From contig CP142733.1 in NCBI GenBank assembly GCA_036630325.1, positions 806,001-870,000 on the forward strand: a stretch of 64,000 nucleotides of DNA, read 5' to 3'. The stretch comes from Vairimorpha necatrix (taxonomy: Eukaryota). The position numbers and the translations under genes are program-made. Positions 47,791 through 59,849 of the stretch are shown piece by piece (the stretch's first letter is position 1; each line of letters starts with the position of its first letter). The notes under the pieces were generated by a model. It did not search any database, was not told the DNA's origin, and saw nothing but the letters and a program-made list of their open reading frames with translations.

Positions 47791-48686
47791 TCAAAACATT
47801 TCAAAAAATTGTTTCAATTGGAATTTCTGATGAATGAAAAGATCAAATCTTGTCTTGATCATTGAAAAATACTCTTCCATGGGATTTAGTTGTGGTGAAT
47901 AAGGAGGCAGAAATTTGTGACTAATGCCTAGATTATTTAATTTTTGTAAAACTTCCCGCGAATGATGAAAACTAGCATTATACATTATAAGAACTTCACC
48001 AGGATTATTCCTAAAGAACATAGATAATTTATTATTAACAAAGTTTATAAAACTCTCGGAACTATATGCTCCGCGTTTATATGCAAATTGCAATAATCCA
48101 TTTATAGTAATTACACACATACCGCTTATATTTTGGCCACTATTTGCTGGCAAATTCTTATAAGCTGTAGTATTCTTTTCTGAATATCCGTAACTTTGCA
48201 TAGTATGAGCGTTAAACGCAGTTTCATCGAGAAAAACTAGGTTTTCGTCCGAGTAACTACTAATTTCGAAGGCATAAATACTTCTTTGGTTTATTTTGTT
48301 CAACGAGTTACGTTTAACAGGAATCAAACTGAGCCTTTTTCTTGTTATACCGAGTTTTTGAGTTTTCTTGATATTGAAGATTTTGACAAATTTACATTTG
48401 TTCGTAAATTTAACTCATTAGAAATTTCCTGTAAAGTCATATCGTTTGCACAATCAACTATGTTTTTAACAACCCGGTCTGTATTCATAAGCATTTCATT
48501 TTGATTCAACTGCCGAATAGACCTTGTAGGTTTATTGTGCTGGTTTCGAATAATAGATGCAACGGTTTTACGATGTAAATCAACCATAGTCGATATTTCG
48601 GCTATGGATCGCTTTTCATCTTTTGCCAATTCGAAAACGATATTCTTTAATTCGTTAGTTATTGTTTTCCTTATTTTTCTTACCAT
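47791..48686 (-). pseudogene. Frameshifted DDE_3-type transposase
   Basis: HTH part starts MVRKIRKT (CCCC 3 nt upstream); shift near 48345; VFLDETAFN, IMYNASFH (catalytic D replaced by Y), LPPYSPQLNPMEEYFS. Confidence 0.88.
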
Positions 48687-49377
48687 TAAGGGGATTAAAA
48701 AATTCAAATTTTTATGGGAATATAGAAATGCAAACAGGGGAATATAGAAATGCAAAACCCCGTAACAGGGTTTTTTATCGAGAAGGTTCAAATTAAAAAT
48801 TTAGATAACCTACATAGTAGAATTTTATAACATGCCTTGGGATGATTCTTTCTAAATTTATTATTATATTATTCTTACACATGGCTTTTTTTTTATATTT
48901 GTAAAATAAAAAATGCAAAAACAAAATTGTGCTTCAATATAAATTTATATATAAAAATTAATGTAAACTGCTTCAACTCTTTAAAATACATTGTATTTAA
49001 TATTAAATAAATGTATTGTGTCGAAAAATAGAAACATTGGTATTATTAAATAAAATATAAAAATTAGGCACAATCTTAATTTGAGTTTTATTAGTTTTTG
49101 ATGCGTGTTGGTAAAAAGCATTGAAAATGAAATTATGTATGAAGCGTATGTTAATAATATAGTTAAATTCAATTTATCATAATTAAAATTTTTATGTGTT
49201 AAGAAAAATCAAAAAGAGAAGTGATTTGAAACTTAAAATCATAAAAAAAATAAAATAATTAAGTGATGTGAATTTCATAAGCTTTTTTTTGATCACATTA
49301 AATTACTCTTTTTCTTAAAAAAATTTTATAAAAAGATGACATTTATTTTGACTTTTAAACTAATTTTTTTATACCTT

Positions 49378-51571
49378 ATGTTTCTTGGAATAATTTTTTT
49401 AATAGATTTTTTACTAGCAAGTCAAAATGTTTATGAAAAATTTAATGTATTAATACATAACAAAATAGAAAATGAAGATTTTGTTACAATAAATATCAAT
49501 AAGAAATATATGAGAATATCCTTAGACTTTGAAGATGAAAAAAATATATTTATTATAAAAATTTTGACATTTAATTATGATTATGAAATTCTGGTTGAAT
49601 CCAGCAAAATTAAGATTTCATGTTGCGAACAAACTATTGAAAACATAGTACAAGAATGTGAAGATGAATTATTGATCGAATATAAAAGAAAACTACCTGA
49701 TTCTATTGTATTAATCTATGATACAAAAAGTTTTGAGACCATTCCCACGTATAAAAAAATAATCAATTATATCAAAAAGGTTAACGACGAAAGAAAAAAT
49801 ACAGATTTAAGTCTTGAATTGTGGTATGAATACATAATTGATGAACATGTTATGTGGAGCATAATGTTTCCAATAATCATGCATCAAAATTTGGATTTAT
49901 ATGATGATTTAACTGCACCGCATTCAAAAATAAAATTAATCAAAAGAAACGATAAGCATTTAGTTTGCTTTTGTATTAAAGTTGAGGACGTTTTATGTTT
50001 TATTGAAATTGATATCAGGGAAATCGGTATAGAAAATCTAAGTCCAGTGGCAATAGTAGATATAGCGCAAAAAAACGAGACAGATATGCAGATAAGTGAA
50101 TATTTTAATGAATTATATAAGACACTTTATATTGATGTCTTTAAGTTAAATTCTTATTCATGTTTCGGTCGTTGTTCAATTAATAAGATTACATTTCTGT
50201 GTAGTAAGTTTACAATCGAAATTATTGATGACGAAATACATTTTAGAGACAATTATAACTACTATATTTATTCAACAAAAAAGGAAAACATAATTGATGT
50301 AAAATGTCTTTTTGAATTTCTTGAAATTTTTAAGAAGATATCAGTGATTAAATCAAACGAAGAACATATTGCGAGCTGCGTGTTATTTTTTAGATTAATA
50401 GAATATAATAGAAAGGTGGAGTTTTTAGTGAATAGAATCTTAAGTACACCTCGTTCGGCTTTAAATATAATGTTTACACATCTTTTATTAGAACATAAAT
50501 TAATACATGAAGATGAAAGAATTAAACTTATTGATAATGAAGGAATTTGTGATCAAAAATTGAAAAACAAAATATTAAATATGCTTTTATTTCATGGAAG
50601 TTTGTCGAGAAGTTTTCTAATAAAAATTTGTCTATTTTTAGAAGCAGAAAAATACATTAATGAAGTTGATGTGATCGAAGATAACATTTTTAGTACTTTA
50701 AAAAAAATAGGAATTCTTATCTTGAAAAAAGAACACACAAAAACAATTTGTGTTAGTGTAACATCAAAAAATAAGAATATTGATTTATTAAAAATATACC
50801 AGGAACTAATAACATGTCATCTAGAAAATATCAGAGCTTTTATGTTAAATATTTGGGATCATTTTTTTAAAATAGCTTCATTATGTACAGGATTGGAAAG
50901 TAACAGCTACGAAATAGGTTGGAACGAATTTTTTATCAGAAAAGAACAAGTTGTTCATTTTTTAGGATTTGATGACAATGAAGTAAAGATTAAGAATGAA
51001 CTGTTAAAAAAAAAATTATCAGAAAATTTAAATAGTAATTTAAAGAAAGATCATATATATGATATTCTATATAAAAAAATTAAAACAAAATTATTTACAA
51101 AATTAAATAAAATTAACTCAGAAGCTTTAAATTTAAAAGTTTTAATTCCATTTGATGAAGAAGTATATGTTAGATATGAAACAGAATTGAAAGAAAGAGG
51201 AATCAGAGAAATAGAAAATACATTTTTACTTGATGATGCGTTAAAAAAGTTATCAAAAAATGAAAACATTTGTGTAAAAAAATTAATAAATGATTATAAA
51301 ATCGAAGAAAAAGAAATCTTTTACGAGAATTTAAAGGTTAACATTAAAGAAAATATAAAAAGAAACTGTAAAAAAAAATTTAACCCAACTTTTAGCGAAA
51401 ATATTTGAAAAAAATTTTGATTATGCTGCCAATCAACGATCAATGTGTAAAAATAACATTGAATATGTTCTTAGAATATTAAATTATAATGGTTTCCTAG
51501 ATGTCCTTAAGCACGATAGAGGAATGGTTTTACATGATGAACTGATAAAGATCTTAGAAGACCAAAATTAA
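49378..51571 (+). CDS. Large putative secreted family member 1 (frameshift at A9, 51370-51378)
   Basis: MFLGIIFLIDFLLAS start; shares NKIEN.D.VTI, FLVNRIL, NI.FTHLLL, KICLF..AE.YINE with 52703-54979; the homologous tail continues in the +1 frame to TAA at 51571. Confidence 0.8.
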
Positions 51572-52702
51572 AGTAATATTTCTATACATTTTTAAATTTT
51601 TACAATTTTAAATATAATAAGTAAAGTTTATAATTGTTTAATTTTAATTTTTTTTAAAATTATTAAGGGATATTATTTATTTTTATTTATCAAGATTAAA
51701 CATTGTTCATACTTTAATATTTAATTAAAATATTGTATTTTCAAAAAAATTTATGTCATGAACCATTTGTTCTTTGGCCTTTACGCGTAATTTTTAATTT
51801 AACGATTTTTGCACATGAAAGCTGCACAAAAAAAAAGATAAATTGATAAATAGTTACAACAAAATTAACTATTCGAAATTGTGCCTATAAGCTAAAACAC
51901 TATTCATTGGTTTCGCCTTATACTGACACAATATTACTATTTGAATGTATTAAAAACGAATTGTTTTGGTGCAATTCTTAATAAATTGATCTCAAACTAT
52001 TAGAATTTACAAAAAAAGGTACGCAGTTATATAAATAACAAGCAGAAGAAAAAATACTACAAATAAAATGCCGATTTTCGTTAAATATTTATAATATTTT
52101 TACAAGTCCTCTTAATTGTATTAAAATTACGGTATATCATTAATCAATTTTGTCACATTTATACATATTCGAAATAATATCTAATGGATTTTATTTGTAA
52201 TAAATGTCAAGGAAATAAAATTGGATACTAAATGTTGTTTGTTTACACATATACAATTATGAATGTTTTTTGTAGACTTACTCTTTAAATATTAAGCCAT
52301 GTTAGTGACAGATCGATTTTTGTAGTTTTATAATATAGAAATCTTATTATGTTGCAAGCTTTTTAATTGATTTTATTGCAAATATGTGTCATAAAAGTTT
52401 TTAGCAAAATGCATTTCTAGTTTTTTTTTTTTCTAGATAATATATTTAAAACCTAAAATTTTAGTAAATAACAGTATATAATGTATAAATAATCTTTGCT
52501 GTTTGTCTATTGTAATACTCTAAAATATAAGTAAGAAGAAAGTAATTTAATAAATTTTAGGTAAAGCTTTTTATGGATATATTTGACATTTTGAATATAA
52601 TAAACAATTACAACATATTTGAACTTGTACTCGTGTTTAAACTTTATCAATATAAACTTGTTTTTTTTAATTAAAAAATAAATTTTTCGTTTTTTTATCC
52701 TT

Positions 52703-54979
52703 ATGAATATATTTGTAAATTTTATTTTAATTTTATTTATACAAGGTTGTCAGGATATCTACAATAAACTTAACTATGTAATTAACAAAAAAATTGAGAA
52801 TAGAGATTATGTAACGATTGATTTGAATAAAGACTGCTTGAGAATAAACTTAATGTGGAAAAAAGATACAAGCTCACTTATCGCGAGTTTAAACATTGAT
52901 TTTTTTGATAATATAGATAAAATATCTTTAATAGAAATTAATTGTATTGACAAATGTATTGAAATTATTGTCAAAGAACTCGAAGAAAAGTTATCACATG
53001 AAATTAAGAAAACTACAGCAAGCTGTATTATTTTAAATTATTTTCCATTGGTTTATGAATGTATTCCAATTTACAGAAATGTCGTTATACATTTAAAGAA
53101 AACTAATATAATTAGAAAAGATAAAAAATTGAATCATGAAATTTTTTACACATGCATTATTGAAAATAATATTATATGGAACATAGTTTTTAAAATCATA
53201 AAATTCAATAATCTAGAATCCGAGTATAAACACGAAATCGATTTTCCACTCAATTTTATAAGAAAAAACAATAATCTTTTTATATGTTTTTATATTAATT
53301 TGGAAAATTTAGTTTTTTTCTTTGAAATAGACGTTAAAGATCTTGATGTTGAAAAACTTTTCCCATATATTAACATCATTACGTCTCATACAAATGAAAC
53401 AGACAAAATTATAAGCAAAATTATACATGAACTATACAAAAAAGACAAGATTTATAGGATATGTAATTCTTATACGAGGGGCATGACGATCTATAATCGT
53501 AAAAAAGTAGTTTTAATTTATAGAGATTTTGAAATAGAGCTTAATGATGACAGTTTACAAATTAAACAAAAAAGTGCAAAATATAATTATTCTTTTAAAG
53601 ATGATTCAAACTATAATGGAATTAAATCTAACATTGATGATAAATGCTTTTTAGAGTTTCAAGATTTTTTTAGAAAACTCTATATAGTGATAGAAAAAGA
53701 TGAATGCTCTATAGGAGTAGAGATGTTTTACCGATTAATCGAAAGCTATGGTAAAGTACTGTTTTTTGTGAACAGAATTTTGAATAATCGAGGTACAATT
53801 TTAAATATAATATTTACGCACCTTTTATTAGCAAATGAATTAATTGATAACAATGAGTTACATAAAATTATATTAGATGATAAATTAAATGATTTGAGGA
53901 TAATTGAACTTCAAAAAACGATATTAGAAGCCTTTTCAAATCATAGTGTATTGTCATGTACGATGTTGATGAAAATATGTTTGTTTTTTGATGCTGAACG
54001 ATATATAAATGAAAATGATATTAACAATGAATCAATCTTTGGTACTTTGAAAAAAATTGGAAAACTTATAAGTTTAAAAGATAAGAATCAAACTGATAGT
54101 GAATTAAATGCATCTGATGCCAAAGAAAAGATTGATTTGTTAGAAATATACCAAGATGCAGTTTCTAATCATTTGGATGACATTGAAAATTTCAAGAACA
54201 TTGTCAGAGAATATGTTTTTGATATGACATCATTATTTACTGGAAAGATGAAAAATATATCGGAAAATGATATAAACTATATTTTTAATATTCGTACTGA
54301 AGTTACTACAACCTTTAATATGGAAAAAAAAATTATTCAAAGTAATAACGACACAATAAGAAAAAAATTGCAAGAAAATTATCGAAAAGATGAAGAAAAA
54401 GATAAAATAAATCAATTAAACGCAATTAAAAGTTTTAAAACACAATTAATTGATAAAAATTTTATAGAGGAAGACATACAACATTATAAAAATAAAGTTA
54501 AAAGGATTATATATAAAAATGTAATAACAAAATTTAAAAAACAGTTAAATGAAGTTGTAGATTTTACTGACATAGAAATAACTAGCAAATTCTTCATTAA
54601 CTTTAAATACGAAATTTTTAATATAATTGAGAGAATGATGGAATATGATGATATAATTAAAGAAACAGTAAATTTAATTCTGATTGTTGACAAAGATTTT
54701 ATAAATAATTTTAAAATCGATAAAAATTTGAATCAAAAATTAAAATTTTATATTAATGAAAACATAAGAAAACATAGCAAAACGATTTTTCCAGCGGCCT
54801 TAATACAAGTTTTTGAAAGTAATTTTACAAATGATAAAAATTTCAAAATCAAATGTGCAAAAAAATTGGATTATATACAATCAGTTTTAAATTCAGAAGA
54901 TATATTATTTTTATACAACGAATCAGGTAAAAAATTGCTTAAAGATTTGTTGGCAGTATTGGAAACAAAAAAAATTTAA
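52703..54979 (+). CDS. Large putative secreted family member 2 (758 aa)
   Basis: Signal-like MNIFVNFILILFIQG; colinear paralog of the previous gene. Confidence 0.88.
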   Translation: MNIFVNFILILFIQGCQDIYNKLNYVINKKIENRDYVTIDLNKDCLRINLMWKKDTSSLIASLNIDFFDNIDKISLIEINCIDKCIEIIVKELEEKLSHEIKKTTASCIILNYFPLVYECIPIYRNVVIHLKKTNIIRKDKKLNHEIFYTCIIENNIIWNIVFKIIKFNNLESEYKHEIDFPLNFIRKNNNLFICFYINLENLVFFFEIDVKDLDVEKLFPYINIITSHTNETDKIISKIIHELYKKDKIYRICNSYTRGMTIYNRKKVVLIYRDFEIELNDDSLQIKQKSAKYNYSFKDDSNYNGIKSNIDDKCFLEFQDFFRKLYIVIEKDECSIGVEMFYRLIESYGKVLFFVNRILNNRGTILNIIFTHLLLANELIDNNELHKIILDDKLNDLRIIELQKTILEAFSNHSVLSCTMLMKICLFFDAERYINENDINNESIFGTLKKIGKLISLKDKNQTDSELNASDAKEKIDLLEIYQDAVSNHLDDIENFKNIVREYVFDMTSLFTGKMKNISENDINYIFNIRTEVTTTFNMEKKIIQSNNDTIRKKLQENYRKDEEKDKINQLNAIKSFKTQLIDKNFIEEDIQHYKNKVKRIIYKNVITKFKKQLNEVVDFTDIEITSKFFINFKYEIFNIIERMMEYDDIIKETVNLILIVDKDFINNFKIDKNLNQKLKFYINENIRKHSKTIFPAALIQVFESNFTNDKNFKIKCAKKLDYIQSVLNSEDILFLYNESGKKLLKDLLAVLETKKI

Positions 54980-55149
54980 GAATAAATATAATATTATGAG
55001 ACATATCTTAATTAAACATTTAACAAACGAACAAACGTATCAAATATTTATATTTATAAACAATGATGGATAAGCTGTAGTCATACAATCATTCCGTATA
55101 AATTAATGTTAACAACTGGATTTTTTATACACTAATTTTTACCTTGCGC

Positions 55150-55380
55150 GAAAAAAACCTTAGAACCCAGAATGAAGCATATATACCGACAAAGTTCTTT
55201 TAGATGATTTTTAAAAGTCTAATATGTCAATCAGGCATGGATTTGATACTGATCAGGAAGGGGTAACAAAGAGCACAATATGTGATTTTTAAAGCAACAC
55301 ATAATTGTCTGAAGAGATTGTGAGTGCATCTTGTGATAAGTAATTAGCAAATAAGATATTACAATAAATAAATTAGATTA
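55150..55380 (+). mobile_element. RLE non-LTR 3' fragment (subfamily A)
   Basis: TTAGAACCCAGAA, ATGTCAATCAGGCATGGATTTGATACTGATCAGGAAG and TCTTGTGA.AAGTAATTA match 1625-1790 and 19.7 kb. Confidence 0.75.
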
Positions 55381-58140
55381 TTTTTTATTAAGTATTAGAT
55401 TTTTTCCAGTTATACCTTTATAATTATATGATTGCTTGACCAATACATCTATCAGAACATGTATATAATTTAAAAGGGAATTAAGGTGCAAATTAGTTGC
55501 GGGGGTACAATTATGAATGATGTACACGAATACATAAAAATTTTAGGCAATTATAAGGATCTTTAAGTCAATAAAATAGATTATATGAATGTAAAAACTA
55601 GATATAAACATCGTTTTTAATAAAAATAACACAAATAAATGATATTGTAGAAAATCACATTGCCGCAGCCTTATATTGTTTTAACTAATATTATTTCAGT
55701 TTTTTTTATTTTATAACATGACAAATGCAGGTGTATAGAACGTAATTTTTTTGCTAAAGAATACCTGTTTTTAACTCAAAAACATTTTATACTGCAGAAT
55801 GTCATACAAAATACACAAAAATGGTACAAACTAATATAATGAATTTACTTTATATGTAGATTTTGTAATAGAACGATAATTTTTTATCTAGATTATATTA
55901 TCGCTATCTAATGACCATTATTAAATATAAAATTCTAATATGTAAATTTTTAGGAAACTGAAATAACTAAATATACAATAAAAAATGTGGTCATTTCTGC
56001 AAATATAAAAACTTAAAGATCATTGAATAACTAATTGGTGGAATTTTTGTTGAGAAAATGTTTGATTTAAATTTTATTTTATCATATATTTATAATTTTA
56101 TCTCTCTAAAAAACAGGTTTTAAATATAAATGATTGTTTTTCTACTAAGTTTATATATAAGACAATAATAAGTCAAAAAATTCCCGGATCAATGCTTATT
56201 GCTAAAACCATTGGAATATAAGAATTTTAAAATTATATAATGTGAATAGTGAGGCTGATGCTTTAAATAATTTGGTGTTTATGGAGAAATGCAAAAAAAC
56301 TACAAAAAGAGCGGGATACGGCTCCTTTGCTTACATTGTCATAGTACTAATTTTTTTTTTATTTTTGGGAAAAAAAACTATCAAAGTAGAAAATCTAGAT
56401 ATCCAAAAAAGTAATGCTTTTTTGATTAACAAAACTATAGATGATGTACAAACCAAAAACTTACATATTTATAAATTTTTTCCTAATATATAAATAAAAG
56501 TGTTTGATACTTATTAAAAACCACTATTTAAAGAATGTATGTTGTATTTTTTTCAAGAAAATTTAATAAACTTGTATTGCATAATAAAGATGCAAAGTCA
56601 CATATATTTATTAAGTTTTAGGTGTAAACTTAAATGATGTACTTTAAATGCACTGAAAAAATAAATCAAACATTTTTATAAAAAGATGGTAAATTATTGG
56701 TAGCGTCAATTATACGCTTTAATATTGACAGCTTTGTAAAAAAATAAATTTTAAGGCTGTTAATTCTAAAATAGAAAACTACACATATTTTTTTTAAATG
56801 CAAATGCCAACAATTACAATTTCTTTCATTTCGTGAAGTTTATGAGAGAATATGTGATAGTAAAAATAAAAAGATAGACATATTAAAAAAACATAGTTTT
56901 AATATTAAATATAAATAAAGATAATATAATTGTGTAAAGTCGTTCCAATATCTATAAAATTTTTCTAATGCGGGTTGAAAATGAAAATTATTAAATTAAA
57001 AATTGCCTGATATTGATTGCTTATTATTATAGAAATTTATATTTATATATCAATATTCTATGTTCAAAAATCATAATGTATATTTCTATTATTATAGGTT
57101 ACTTTTTAATTCTTTTTCAAATATTCATTTTTTGTATTTTTAATCCATTTAAATCATAAATGTAATGTTTTTTATGGTACTTGATAAATATTTCATATGC
57201 ACATTAACATAATTACTATTAACATTTATTATTTTAGTTATTATAATGTGACTTAACAATTACAAGAATAAATAATTTTGGGAGTTCTTCATGCTTAAAT
57301 ATTCAGTCTATTGTTTTGCTGAAACTGTTATACTAATTTCTTCACCACACACTAAAGACAATTTATCTAATTTGCAGCTGCATATATTATAGTTTTAAAA
57401 TATACATCGAACACTTCTATACACAAAATATATAATATTAAAAATTTTACTTCAAATTAGTGATGTTAAAAAACTTCACAAGTTATTTTAGTTTTTTGCT
57501 TCTTGTAAATACAAAAACAATGAAACTTAAGGAACAAAAGATTTATTAAGACTTATATGTAGTAAATAGTACTAACAAAAAACTAATTTGATTGCAGAAA
57601 ATATGATATCCAAAATAAATATTTTAAAAAGCTCTACTATATATTTTTTTTACAGATTTTCTAAAAATAACACATTGACATTTTTAAGATAATTATTTTA
57701 GAATGTTATATACCTGTTTAATAGTAGTCACTAAAAGTTATTTTATAAGTTCCAATTCGTATTAAAAATTTTACGTTTTATCAATTTAATCATTTAATAT
57801 GGATATCAATTGTAATGATAAATTGTTATGAAATTTTCAATAAAATATTTTGACATAAATTAAAAAAATATACTAAATAAGAAAAATGACATATATTGCA
57901 ACTATATCAAAATTAATGAGTGCAACACAAAATTTTTTTTCAATTTAATTAATGTCAAACCCATCATTTGGATACATATAAGTGACGTTTGATATTAGTG
58001 ACGCCGCCAAGTTTAAAGGCATAACATCTAATTTGAAGCTGGATTTGCAAGTTATAAATGAGTTTCGAGTTTATAAATTTATCATACATACTAAATTAAT
58101 TTTTTTTTCTCCTATATATAATTTTGAAAATTTATTACCC

Positions 58141-59601
58141 ATGATAGCTTTAAAAATTTTCTATTATTTTTATCTAGTACAATCTACAAAATACTTTGTT
58201 AAACTTAACATTGTCTTAAACGAACAGATTAAAAAAAAGCAATACTATACTTTCGACACCACTAAAGGAATTTACAATGATATTTTAATGTATGAAGATG
58301 TTATGTCCTACATATCTTCTACAAACAAAACAAAAGATGAGAATATTATGAGAGCTATAGAAAAAATCAAATCAGAATTGTTTGACAAAGATAATATAGA
58401 TGATCTAAATAATGTTCTGATTTATGAAAAACATGATAACGATGACTACAATAAAATTATAGATGGATTAATAGAATATAATTACAAAGTTAAAAACAAA
58501 GAAAATGTTTTTTCTTATGATATTATTGTTGAAAAGGATAGTCCTACTTATAAATTTATTTTTGATAACAATATTACTGCTGAAAACGTTAAATTCCCAA
58601 AACTAAGTCGTCCATTTTTATACAATTTTGTCTTTAAGCTAGACACAATTTTCTATTTCACAGGAATCAATTTAAAAGATCTCGGGATTGAAGAAATTTT
58701 TAATGTGCATTTGGAAAAGCAATTTGCGTATAAAAACTACAATGATAGATTTCTTAATCTTACTCTTCAAAATTTTAATTTTTTTGAGCTCAATGAAGTA
58801 TATGGATTTAAACAATATGAAAATACTGGTATACATGAAAAGCGCGACTTGAATGATTTAGACCTTAAATATCATGACTTCGTAATTTTACCTAGTGAAA
58901 ATATTATAAAATATAAAAATACTACAAAGACAATAGTATTTTCATATAATAAAGAATTTCTAAATATCTATGACGATACGAAAAAAAATATAGTCATTGA
59001 TGAAGTAATATATGGAGATTTGTTGAGATTAGTAAAATTCTATCAAAAAAATCAAAGCAACAAAAACGAAATTAATCTATTGATAAGATATATTTCAAAG
59101 AATTACCCACTTAAATCTCTTATAGAAAGTATCTATGCGAACAAATACACTGCAACTTATATATTTTTTGAAGAAATTCGTACCATTTCTAAAGTATTAA
59201 GTAGAACTGATTTGAACTATATCATAAACAATATTGATATTTTAAAAAAAGCATCTTCGTGCATTTCAGGATTACATACAAAATCAAATCAAATAGCAGA
59301 TAACTTTATAGATTTTATTCTTTATGAAGATAATAATATTAATTACATGATAAAAATATGTTTAATTATAGAATTTGAAAAACATATCAACAATAAGAAC
59401 CTTGATTTAAGAATATTTAAAACAATAAAAAATATTTCGAAATTGTTTGAAAGTACTAATAAAGATGAAGTTGATATAGTATTATTATTTGAAGAGTTAT
59501 TAAATAAAAAAGACGTAATTTGTGAGGCTATTAAAAGCACGTGGAATGATATTTTTAAAGCTTTTTTATATTTAAAAAACAAGAAGGAAGAAATTAATTA
59601 A
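58141..59601 (+). CDS. Large putative secreted family member 3 (more diverged)
   Basis: CCC-ATG at 58141; KLNIVLN..I.K..Y.T, I.LKDLGIE, MIKICL..E.EK.IN, IFKTIK.I.KL match members 1 and 2. Confidence 0.8.
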   Translation: MIALKIFYYFYLVQSTKYFVKLNIVLNEQIKKKQYYTFDTTKGIYNDILMYEDVMSYISSTNKTKDENIMRAIEKIKSELFDKDNIDDLNNVLIYEKHDNDDYNKIIDGLIEYNYKVKNKENVFSYDIIVEKDSPTYKFIFDNNITAENVKFPKLSRPFLYNFVFKLDTIFYFTGINLKDLGIEEIFNVHLEKQFAYKNYNDRFLNLTLQNFNFFELNEVYGFKQYENTGIHEKRDLNDLDLKYHDFVILPSENIIKYKNTTKTIVFSYNKEFLNIYDDTKKNIVIDEVIYGDLLRLVKFYQKNQSNKNEINLLIRYISKNYPLKSLIESIYANKYTATYIFFEEIRTISKVLSRTDLNYIINNIDILKKASSCISGLHTKSNQIADNFIDFILYEDNNINYMIKICLIIEFEKHINNKNLDLRIFKTIKNISKLFESTNKDEVDIVLLFEELLNKKDVICEAIKSTWNDIFKAFLYLKNKKEEIN

Positions 59602-59849
59602 ATTAAATTTTTAATCGACATATTTTATACAAGAAATTACATTATTTTTTTGTTTTTCCAATTAAAATATGTTAAAAATATCATAAATAAATCAGTGGAT
59701 TTTTTATGAGAAAATGCCGGAAACGTTTTTTAATATCATTTTAGTTAGTTTTTACAAGTACAATCAATATAGAATATAACTATCATGGGTTAAAAACAAA
59801 TTTTTTTCATTTATTTTTTTTTATATTTTAAACTTCTGTAGTTTTTTTT

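Larger units (their letters stand above)
47528..48762 (-). mobile_element. Tc1/mariner-IS630 superfamily transposon, inactivated
   Basis: TA flanks; TIR C(A/G)GGG(G)TTT(T)GCATTT.TATATTCCCC; 22-bp subterminal repeats. Confidence 0.9.

Noticed and set aside
56242-56493. 83-aa ORF with a hydrophobic stretch
   Set aside because: GTG start; hydrophobicity partly from a T-run; no supporting context.
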